Numbered from the stretch's first letter, positions 1-9,756 are shown. The stretch: 32,001 nucleotides of DNA from Piromyces finnis finn (GCA_002104945.1 MCFH01000131.1:1-32001); one strand, 5' to 3'. Numbers and translations: made by a program. Notes: generated by a model from the sequence alone, not told the origin.

Positions 1-625
1 AACACTTTTTAATACATGATTATATTCATAATATATTTTATAATAATAAGGCTAAACTTAAGACTTATTACTAATTATTAAAAATAACTATTGTTTATAT
101 ATTCATAATATTAATTATTTCTTAATTATAATTCATTGAATATAATATTAATAATTATAATCTTTTAATTCAAAGATTATAAGATATGTTATTGAAATAA
201 TTATTATAAAATAAAGTTAATTAATTCCGGAAAATAATTTTAATTTAATTAAAACAATAATTTATATCCTTTTGGGTGAATGATTTATGTTCAATACATC
301 AGGGGTGATCATTCTCTGAATAAACAATTAATCATTACTAACAAAATATCTTTAAATTGGAATATCTCGTGAACCAGCAGAGATATTGACCTGATTTTAA
401 GATATGTTGTTTATCTCAAGCGTGGCTTTCTAACGAACCCATAATCTCCCAACCATAATTTCCAAAAAATCGTCATTCGTTAAGGAGATACGCGTGTTTT
501 TCCTTATTTAATTTTAACGATAAGGGTTAAAGTTATTCGTTATAAAATTATTAAGGGTTAAGGTCATATCTTAACCTTTTCTAAATTTTTTAAATATCTC
601 TTAATATAATTTTATAATTTATTTG

Positions 626-842
626 TGTTAAGAGTTGTTTAATTTAGGTTTATAATTATGTCAACTTTATTAATATATTTTATGATAAAGAACTACTTGC
701 GTTACATTCTTCTCAAACTACATGTATTTATACATTTACATTGTGGCTTAAACATACAATCAAATACAATATATACAAATACGTTTTAATACATTTGAAT
801 ACATTTGAATACATGTGACATAACGTTTCACATATTCTAACA
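626..842 (-). repeat. 3' LTR of element I (217 bp)
   Basis: TGTTAAGAG...TTCTAACA; 214/217 identical to 4356-4572; adjacent to the PPT. Confidence 0.95.
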
Positions 843-851
843 TTCCCCCTC
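843..851 (-). other. Polypurine tract of element I (GAGGGGGAA on minus strand)
   Basis: TTCCCCCTC directly abuts the LTR. The context TTCCCCCTCAAACCTA is identical to that at 6969-6984. Confidence 0.9.
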
Positions 852-1213
852 AAACCTAATTTTCTACTAAGTAAAATTTGGTTTGCTGGTGAATATGTGC
901 ATTTTATTATTTCTAAACTATTAACTATAAACTAAATCTAATGTTTAAAATTTTTATATTTCATTAATTGAAATTTAAAATATTTCACATATATTATTCG
1001 CTAATTGATTTAAAGAATTTAAATATTACCCTATAACTTCGTTTTTATGGATAAACTGAAAACCTTTGTATAATTGGGTGGTATTAAAGTTTAAAATTTG
1101 GATTGGATATTCATAAATTGTTATACCATCCATTAAGAATTGAAAACCCTTCCGGTTTTACATTATCCTATAAACTATATTGGTAATCTCTCTGAGATTT
1201 ACACAGAATTATA

Positions 1214-1447
1214 GACAACACATGGTTTATCTCTTTGATTTTACGTCCTTATGACAACGCATGGTTTACCTCTTTGGTTTTACGTTTTCTTAACAACTCA
1301 TGGTTAACCTTTGATTTTACGTCCTTTTGACAACACATATGGATAACTCTTTTTGGTTTTACGTTCTCTTAACAACCTATGGTTAATCTTCTTGGTTTTA
1401 CGTTCTTCAGACAACCTATGGATAACTCTTTGGTTTTATGTCCTTAT
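1214..1447. repeat. Degenerate tandem repeat, about 6 units of about 39 bp, inside element I
   Basis: Recurring ACAAC..ATGGWTAA/TT..CTYTTGRTTTTACGT units. Confidence 0.85.
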
Positions 1448-2531
1448 AATTACAATTTTCTTTAGAATATTAGCATAATTGTATTTCAATATATTTTGTA
1501 AATACTAATTAATAATGGTAAAATTTTAATTAAATTCTTAATAGTTATTTAGTTTATGTATATTGAATTTTAACATTTTCTTTTAGGTGTTTTTCCTTCC
1601 TTTTATGCCTTTTGTATTGATTAATTATTCTTATAATATTTAAGAATATTTTACTTTGTATTTGAAATTTTGTTCTTTTCATTTTTACATATTGAATCTT
1701 ATAAATTTTTACGATTTGAATTTCAATTCATTCTATTTATTAAGCCTTAGTTTCTATGCAATGTTTTAGTTATTTCCGATGTTTAACTAGAAACAAATAT
1801 TATTATCTTGAATTTTAAATTTCGTATATTCACTACTTCCCCCTCAAATCTAGATGTTTAGTAATAAATATTTAGATTTGAAAATGAGAAATTTAAATTT
1901 CATAAAATTTCATTCAATTTGCATCAAATTTTCATAATAATGAATAAATTTCCATAACATATACGATAAGTATTAATACCTATATAAAAAATAAATAACA
2001 TATTCTAATGTTTTCATTCATTTTTCTCAATTGCCTATCCTTTAAAATATAGTGAAATAATATTTTCATGATAATATATTTTAATGTAGTGATAATCATA
2101 GAATATCAAACTAATGAATAAAATATTCCTCAATTATGTATTTCTTTACTTCAAATTAAAATAAGTGGATATACCAGTAAAATTATAACAAGTTAATATT
2201 GTAAGATAATGACATTTAAAATATCGATTGTTGAAGAGAATAAAGTTCTTCTAAATTATATCGAAGTCGGCTCGGTTAATTAGAATGTCAGCTAATTGGT
2301 CGGCGATCACTCACTACGTTGAAAGTGGCGATTTATATATGAGGTTACTAAATCACCGTAAATTATATTTTAAAACGGCGTCACAACATTCTTGAATGTT
2401 GGTAATAAATAAATATGATGAATCAATGTCATCTAAATCTAATGAGCCCTTACTATGAAGGTGCTACATTGTTATTGATGGGACCAAATTAAATATATAT
2501 AGGTCTTACACCATCATTAATAATTATCTAT

Positions 2532-2658
2532 GAATATAACTCATTTCACGCTAAGTTAAATCATGATAAGTTGTTAAAATATTATTGAATATACCCATTT
2601 CACGCTAGGTTATTCAAAGTATATATATATGTAGAATATGCTCATTTCACGCTAAGCA
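2532..2658. repeat. Three spaced copies of a ~26-bp motif with core CATTTCACGCTA(A/G)G
   Basis: Cores at 2542-2555, 2596-2609 and 2643-2656, each preceded by GAATAT; the spacers are unrelated to each other. Confidence 0.85.
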
Positions 2659-3340
2659 TTTCTAACTTTAATAAATTACCTCATTTGAAATATTTGCTAT
2701 GTATATTAGCAATAACAGCCTACGGGATGAACATTTGACCAGTAATATATTTGCTTTATAGGTAGCAATAATTTAAATAATGCTTTTGAGGCTAAATATT
2801 ATCTTAAAGTATTGTTATAATGATTTAATTCAAAGAGTAGTATACTGGATTAAATTATATAATACTGATTTGAGTGAAATTATCATAAAGAAATTGATTG
2901 ACATTTTCACAAGGATAGTTTCAATGTTTATTGCATAATTTCATTGCAATAAGGTATTTTATACAAACTTATCAAATAATATTTAATTATTCTAGTTCTT
3001 GTTTCTAATTGTATAAATTTTATGTATTTTCTTTCTATTCTTTCTTTCCCCTATGGCGGAAAGAATATTTTCTCATTAAAATAGTAGTAGTTAAAGTATT
3101 TGAATATTTTACAAACAATTTATTTACTTGAAATAAATATGTATGCTTTCAATAACAATAATGCTATTTTATGAATGTTAATAAAACTAGTTCTTTTGAA
3201 AATAAGATGAAATATTGGTAAATATATGTAATTATGTGTTCATGAATTTTTGTGAATATTTACATAATTGAATATATGGATTTTTAAATGATAATGAATG
3301 TAAATTGACATAATGAGTAGCTCTTTTTATTTATAGTGTT

Positions 3341-3649
3341 CTATTTTAGTCCTAAGATATCCTTTAATGCATCCTTAGCTCCTGGCTTTTTCATTATTTC
3401 ATTGAAATCTTCTTCGGCCTTGCTAAGTTCTGCACAAGTAGAAACTACCAAATCCCATCCCAATATTATATCAACTAAAGATTTGGTAATAGTTCCAGTT
3501 GCTGCAGAGTAAGCCGCAGAACCATTAGCGAAAGTAATGACAGCTTCATTTGCATCTACACCTATTCTTTCTGCAATTTTTTCTCTTAAAGTCTTTCCAG
3601 TTAAAATATCACCTAGGACGTTGGTTAATTCACTAACAAGATCAGCCAT
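3341..3649 (-). CDS. 102-aa orphan protein carried inside element I
   Basis: ATG-to-TAG ORF, clearly more GC-rich than its flanks, balanced helical-looking composition, same orientation as the element. No gag, zinc-knuckle, protease or RT motif recognised. Confidence 0.7.
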   Translation of the reverse strand: MADLVSELTNVLGDILTGKTLREKIAERIGVDANEAVITFANGSAAYSAATGTITKSLVDIILGWDLVVSTCAELSKAEEDFNEIMKKPGAKDALKDILGLK

Positions 3650-4341
3650 TATTAAGTATATTGTAATTTATATTTAAATAAATAATATTGTATGAAAGAT
3701 TTTATACTAAAATTGAAATATTTATAAAGTGTCGTAAAATTGAAATAAATCAATAGAGAAGAAAAAAAATTTTTTTATCATTATTTATACTAAGTGAAAA
3801 TAATAAAGTGTTTTAGATTCCGATTTGTTTATTTCTAAAATAAAACATATTTTTTATTTTAAAATCTAAATTACTTTTAAAATAAATAATATTTATTTAT
3901 TTTTAAATTTTTAGATTTCAATTTAAATTTTTCTGAATTTCAATTGTTCTTAAATTTAAATTATAAAAATTTAATTTTTAAATTTAAATGTTTGTTTATT
4001 CTTAAATTTAAGATCTAAATCTAAATTATTTTATTTAGTATAAATTAATTTATGTCTAAAGTATAATATTATCAATGTTCCATGTTTCTTGGACGGAGTT
4101 TTCTTTCGCTATATAGTCAGTATTGTTAATTAGGCAATTTTGTGACTTAGTTTTTGAGATTTCAAGATTTCAAAGTTTTAGATCTCTAAATTTCATAATT
4201 TTCAATTAAAACTTATATTGTAGGGATTAGGGTTTCCAATAGTTTTCTCCTATGACATAATGTGTCCGGCGGTTTGATTCATCTTTCAGAGAATCATCTG
4301 AGAGTCAATGAGAGTCATTGATATTCTCTCATGAGAGTCAT

Positions 4342-4355
4342 TGAGACTCTTAATC
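4342..4355 (-). other. Putative PBS complementary to the anticodon arm of tRNA-Lys(CUU)
   Basis: The plus strand TGAGACTCTTAATC abuts the 5' LTR and equals nt 27-40 of the eukaryotic tRNA-Lys(CUU) sequence as I recall it (anticodon CTT at 4349-4351). Confidence 0.7.
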
Positions 4356-4572
4356 TGTTAAGAGTTGTTTAATTTAGGTTTATAATTATGTCAACTTTAT
4401 TAATATATTTTATGATAAAGAACTACTTGCGTTACATTCTTCTCAAACTACATGTATTTATACATTTACATTGTGGCTTAAACATATAATCAGATACAAT
4501 ATATACAAATACGTTTTAATACATTTCAATACATTTGAATACATGTGACATAACGTTTCACATATTCTAACA
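4356..4572 (-). repeat. 5' LTR of element I (217 bp)
   Basis: Direct repeat of 626-842, followed by TSD ATTTG. Confidence 0.95.
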
Positions 4573-4660
4573 ATTTGAAAATAAAATATTATTGATTTTG
4601 AAATTTTATAAGTAATTTCACAATTTCAAGTGATCTTGAAATTGCAGATTTCACTAGTAT

Positions 4661-5665
4661 TGTTAAGTTTTGGGATTTGGTTATGCGGCCAGGTCAGAAT
4701 GTTATTAATTATATAGTAAATATGTTTTTTAAGAAAATAAATTTAAATATAAAATAACACTTTAAACTTCCAAATGAAAAATTAATATTTATTTTTTAGA
4801 ATAACCTTTTATAAAATTTTATTTATTTAGTAATAATAATATAAATGATAATATATTTAATAACTATATAATTAAGATTATAACTAAAATCTTTACAAAG
4901 AATTAAAATCGAATTCAATTCCTTCTATTTTATATTCTTTGTTCAGATTATTAAATTGATAAAAAATAAAGTATTACATGTAATATGTTAATAATATAAT
5001 TAGATAAGTAATATGATTGTTTGTTTGTTTGTTTGTTTTGTCATGACATAAAAATAAAATAAACATATGATTAATCATTTAAACACTTGATCCATTAACC
5101 TATTTTATAATAATTAGAATTATTTAATTTATAAATGTTAACTGTTACACCTAAATGGTTTAGTTCTATTTTTAGTAACAGTCACTATCATTAATTAAAT
5201 TAATATAATTAAAATTTCTATTGATATCTTTTTAATTTTCGTCAAGTCATAAGAAATGTCTATGATCCATACTTGATATCATATTGATTTTAATTTACTT
5301 ATTAAAATCTTCAAATGACCATATCTTTCTTAAATGACCAGTTAGAAGGACCGCGATTGTACCAAAATATAGCTTTTTCCTTAAGCTTTCTAATAAACTT
5401 GGTTTCACAGCCGTATCACTTACAACCGTAGCGATCGTTTTTGGCGAGTTACGCCTTGTTTCGTGTTTGTTTATTTTTGGCTAAGGGTTATAGTGTATTG
5501 ATATTAAATTTTTGAAATCATAACCCTTTCACTGAATCAAAATTTAAAAGGTGACTTTTAAAGGTGTTTTAAAATAATTATTGGGATTATTTAATTCTAA
5601 TTATTATGTTTAATTAATTATAGATATTATCTGAATTTGTTTTAAGTCCAGTTAATATCTTCACA
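4661..5665 (-). mobile_element. Family B solo-LTR-like element, copy 1 (about 1.0 kb, reversed)
   Basis: Reverse complement of 20880-21877 with substitutions and a ~14-bp indel near the CAAA run. TG...CA ends. The flanks AGTAT and AAAAG do not match each other. Confidence 0.88.
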
Positions 5666-5680
5666 AAAAGTTATTTTATT

Positions 5681-6124
5681 TGTAACGTATAAAGGTTTTG
5701 TACCTTTTCACCAAAATTGTATTTAGGGGTTCCCCAAGCTGGCTTCGCCGTCAGGTTGTTGGACGCTGACCTACTTGTCATGTGTTCGACTCCGGGTTCT
5801 CTATATTATGGATTAAATATAGCGATTGCTATATTTAATCCATAATATTTGCCTATTTCTATTTCTTCTTTTTTATTTAAATAATTGAAGTTACCAATCA
5901 ATATGAATAATGTTTATTCATAATTATTAAATAAGAATATTTATAAATAGTAAATATAAATAATTTATAAAATTCATGTAAATTTAGTCTTTAGAATTAG
6001 TATTAAGGTTAATTTGTATTAATAATATTAAATAATCAAATTATTAATAAAATATACTATTAATACAAAAAATAGTTAATAGTTAATTAGTATTGTGTTA
6101 ACCTGAGTCTCTCGCGTTGTTACA
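5681..6124 (+). repeat. Family C 5' LTR (444 bp) of a truncated Ty3/gypsy-type element
   Basis: TGTAAC...GTTACA inverted termini, followed at once by an 11-nt sequence complementary to an internal LTR site. An AT-rich leader follows and is interrupted by the copia LTR at 6769. Confidence 0.75.
5803..5848. repeat. Perfect 21-bp inverted repeat with a 4-nt loop in LTR C
   Basis: ATATTATGGATTAAATATAGC-GATT-GCTATATTTAATCCATAATAT. Confidence 0.95.
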
Positions 6125-6135
6125 ATACTAATTCT
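6125..6135 (+). other. Self-priming type PBS of family C
   Basis: ATACTAATTCT is the exact reverse complement of AGAATTAGTAT at 5993-6003 inside the LTR. Confidence 0.75.
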
Positions 6136-6768
6136 CTAAGAAAAAAAAGACTTACCTTAACACAATAATAACTTAACACTTTATAAAATTAATAAAACCA
6201 TTTTCTAATAAAACATTTCAAATATGTCTTATAACCCTGTAAAGATATAATATATATCTTTAGATTATTTAATAATTAATTATTAATTATTAAATAATAA
6301 ATTAATATTTAGTAAAACTGATTATAAAATTTTTGAATAAATTTTATGGAATAATTTAATAATAAATTATTTTATAATAATTCCGTTAAATTTAAATTAA
6401 GATAAATATTTAAGTTTAAGGAATAAAAGAATTTTAATTAAATTTAAATATTTCAAATATTTTAAATAATTAAAATATTTTTTTAAATACTTTTTATTTA
6501 ATTTTAGAATAGATTATACTTTCTTATTTAAATTTAGAATAGTTTGATAATTTTAACTTAGTTTTAAAAATAGATTTATTTATATTTCAATAGGAAATAT
6601 ATTAAGAATAGTATTGATAATATTAAATTAATTTATAGAAAATACATGGGCTTTATTCAATTTTGAGTTTACTCAAATTAAATTAAAAGTATAATGAATT
6701 AGTTTTAGTTTAGTTCTGTTATTTTATTATTTAATTAAATTAGTTTTGTTTATTTTATATTAAATATA

Positions 6769-6968
6769 TGTTTATTTATGATAAGTTTAGGTTTTAATAT
6801 AACTTTATTTATTAAATAAAATTTTATTAAAGGTAATTACAAGGCTTAATAAATTTTACATTATTATTTTTATATCTTAATTTGTGGCGTTACATACTTT
6901 ATATCAAGTATGTGGCTTAACTTGTATTTATTCTATTTTATATTAAATTATTCTAAGTTATTCTAATA
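6769..6968 (-). repeat. 3' LTR (family J, about 200 bp) of the copia fragment, related to the element I LTR
   Basis: Abuts PPT TTCCCCCTC (6969-6977). Shares TTTAGGTT at the same 17-nt offset from the TG end, and also GCGTTACAT, TGTGGCTTAA and TTCTAA. The terminal CA reads TA. The left boundary is inferred from spacing. Confidence 0.7.
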
Positions 6969-6981
6969 TTCCCCCTCAAAC

Positions 6982-8928
6982 CTACTTTTTAAAATTAAAA
7001 ATTTGGTTTGCGAAGTTAGTCATTTTATTTCCATTGACAAATTTTGTTAATGTGTCTGGTAGCATGTTATTTGTGTCTATATATTTTAATTGAATTTCTT
7101 TATTATTTATATAGTGTTTATTGAAATGATATTTTATACTTATGTGTTTTAGTTTTGTATTTAGTTCTCCATTTTCTATACTTCTTAAGCTTGGTAGATT
7201 ATCCGTGTATATTGTTACAGTTTTATTGACTCCAAATAGTTCATTAATGATATTTTTGACCCATAATATTTGTTTTAAGCATTCCGATGTAGCTATATAT
7301 TCGGCTTCAGCTGTACTGGTAGCTACAATACTTTGTTTCTTTGATTTCCAACATATAGGACTTCTTCCCATTAATATAATATTCCCGGAAGTCGATTTTC
7401 TATCATCTAAATCACCGGCAAAGTCCGAATCAGTATATCCTGTTATTTCACCTTTACCATCATATTTGATTTTGTATTCTTTTGTAGTGTTTAAGTATCT
7501 CAGGATATTTTTGATTTTATACCAGTCGGATACTGTTGGGTGTTCACATTTTCTTGCCACCTTATTCACCGCAAACGCGATATCTGGTCTAGTGCATCTT
7601 GCTAAATATATTAAGGATCCGATAGCACGTTTGTATTTGGTCTTGTCAAATTGGTTTTGGTTTTCGTGTGCGGGATTATCTGCCGAGCAAGGAGTTTTTG
7701 ACATTTTGGTATTTTTCATATTGAAATTGTTGAGAACATTATCTATAAATGCAATTTGTGAAATTTTATATGTGTGTTGGTTGTTGGTTGTTGATTTTTC
7801 AACTTTGATTCCTAATATAAAGTTGACAGGTTCACATTTAGAAACCTTAAACTCTTCTTTAATTTTAGCTATCGCTTTGGATATATTATATTCTTCACCG
7901 GCTATGATCATGTCATCCACATATAGGCCAATGACGCATTTTAGGTTTCCATCGATAGCAAGTTTGAATATACATTGTTCTGATTCTAGTTGATTGAACC
8001 CTATTTTACTTAAGAATCCAGTAATGGTTTCATTCCACTGTCTGCCAGATTGTTTAAGGCCGTATAATGCTTTGTTAAGTTTCCAATACCCTTTTTGGTA
8101 GTTGGAATCACCCTTTGGAATGGTAGTATAGATTTCTTTGTCGAGTTTAGCATTGAGGTATGCGGCCTTTATATCCAATTGAAATATGTTCCAGTTCATC
8201 TTGGCAGATATAGCTATTATCAGTTTTAAGCAGTCGATGTTGAGAGTGGGACTATAAGTTAGTTCATAATCTATTCCTTGTTTCTGAGTGAATCCTCTTG
8301 CAACCAACCTGGCTTTGTATTTCATTATTTTATTATAAGTATCCTTTTTGGTTGAGAAGACCCACTTCGTTGTTATTATATTTTTACCGGGAGGAACAGA
8401 TTTAACAAACGTCATTATGTTGTTATTGTATAAATTTGAGAGTTCTTCATTGATTGCTTCTACCCACTCGACTGCATCGTAATCATTAATAGCTTCATTA
8501 TAGTTGGAAGGAACATGTTTTGCTGAAGTATTGTCTATATTTAAGTTGTTTATTGCATTGTTGTCGTTGTAGTTGTAATTACCTGATTTAATATTGATGT
8601 TGTTTGCGTAGTCGTTGTTGTTCTGATTTGAATCATTATAATTATAAGTGTTATGAAAATTTGAATTTTGGAGATTAAAGGGAATGTTGGAATAATTGTT
8701 GTTATTGGATTTCTTTGGATTAGGGGAATGGTAATCATGAGGTTCGACTAATGACTCCATATTGTTATTATTATTATATGTATTATTATTTTTTAAGTTA
8801 TTAATATTGAAATTTGAGGAGTCGGCGGAGTCGAACTCATGACTACCAGTTTGCTGGTTAAATTTTGTATTGTTATTGCTGATTGTACCACTGTTCATTC
8901 CCCTGCTTTTCGTAACCAGGTTTCCTGG
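6982..8928 (-). pseudogene. Ty1/copia pol fragment: Asn-rich linker, reverse transcriptase and RNase H; gag, protease and integrase are missing
   Basis: Motifs KARLVARGFTQ, QLDIKAAYL, LYGLKQSGRQW, YVDDMII, YTDSDFAG, STAEAEY and KHISIK. The frame is open but is cut at 8928 by LTR H. Confidence 0.93.
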
Positions 8929-9756
8929 TGTAAAATATTTTAAACTAAGTTCAGGTTTGTATACACTAACTAAACTAAACACTAGTTATAAATTTATTAA
9001 TTATTAAACTTTTTATTTATTAAATTATATTAAACTAAACTAAACTAAAACAACCGTTGATTACTTTACCGTGAAGGATATTTTACCAGAGCCCTCACTA
9101 GGTAATCAATATTTATTATTAAAAAAAAAAAACAACTAAACTAATTATAAACTAATGTTAATTTATCTAAACAAAATTAACCTATACGATTTTCCAACTA
9201 TCGTTTCAATAGTTGAAAAATTTTCTTTATTTATACTTTTTAAATAAATTGAATAAATTCTAATATACATGTTTTAATATTATAATTTTACATTGTTTAC
9301 ATTTATACATTTATTAAAAGAAATTATTTGTATTAAACTATTTAAATTCAATTTATTTACTACAGAATTTTCTAAACTTAAAATAAAGTTTTGATTTATT
9401 TACTATATGGTTGATTATATTTCAAACATATATTCAATTTATTTATTTCTAATTTTGAGGCTTAGTTTATAAAAAAATTTTTTCTTATCTAAAATATTTA
9501 TTGGTTAAAAATTATTTAATTTAAAAAATTTATTTTATCATCAAAAACTTTATCTTATCATAAAATTAAATTTACATAAATTTATGTTAATGTATTGTAA
9601 TACATTATTTTATCGTAACTTTAGATTTCACATAGATTTATGTTAATGTATTGTGATATAAATTTTGTAAAGATTTACGGTACATTAATTCGATACATTG
9701 TACATTATTTTAAATACGTATTAAAATACATTATTCTATTAATACAATATTTTACA
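8929..9756 (-). repeat. Family H 3' LTR (828 bp) of a chromovirus
   Basis: 11-bp inverted termini TGTAAAATATT...AATATTTTACA. PPT (AAGAAGAGGGGCA on minus strand, 9757-9769) lies between the LTR and the pol stop codon. Confidence 0.9.

Larger units (their letters stand above)
626..4572 (-). mobile_element. Complete non-autonomous Ty1/copia-type LTR retrotransposon (element I), about 3.95 kb
   Basis: Two 217-bp TG...CA LTRs with 3 differences. 5-bp TSD ATTTG at 621-625 and 4573-4577. Polypurine tract (PPT) next to the left LTR. Short remnant resembling the copia RNase H C-terminus (GCAAACCAAATT = ANQI, minus strand, about 875-886). No gag/pol ORF. Confidence 0.93.
5..4660 (-). repeat. Repeat family A, left copy (5-625 plus 4578-4660), split by the copia-type element; reverse complement of 19723-20432
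   Basis: 1-625 is the reverse complement of about 19806-20432 (e.g. GAATATCTCGTGAACCAGCAGAGATATTGACCTG). 4573-4660 continues the same alignment down to 19723. Scattered substitutions, roughly 90% identity by eye. Confidence 0.9.

Noticed and set aside
2532-2658. CRISPR-like reading of the repeat-spacer triplet
   Set aside because: Eukaryotic retroelement context, only three imperfect repeats, unequal short spacers and no cas genes.
4679-4692. GGTTATGCGGCCAG, similar to the Drosophila copia PBS
   Set aside because: It lies 18 bp inside the end of family B, is not preceded by an LTR-terminal CA, and has 2 mismatches.
5784-5793. GTTCGACTCC, resembling a Pol III B box or tRNA T loop, in LTR C
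   Set aside because: No cloverleaf or convincing A box. The same 10-mer occurs by chance in copia coding sequence (8827-8836, minus strand).
6125-6129. ATACT after LTR C as the missing TSD partner of the inversion
   Set aside because: It is better explained as the start of the self-priming PBS; the same ATACTA follows LTR G.
7142-7993. 283-aa plus-strand ORF
   Set aside because: It is the antisense shadow of the copia RT/RNase H codons, with no independent motifs.
8929-8982. N-terminus MFSLVSVYKPELSLKYF of the 666-aa ORF
   Set aside because: It lies inside LTR H and is chance read-through from the insertion, not the copia start.
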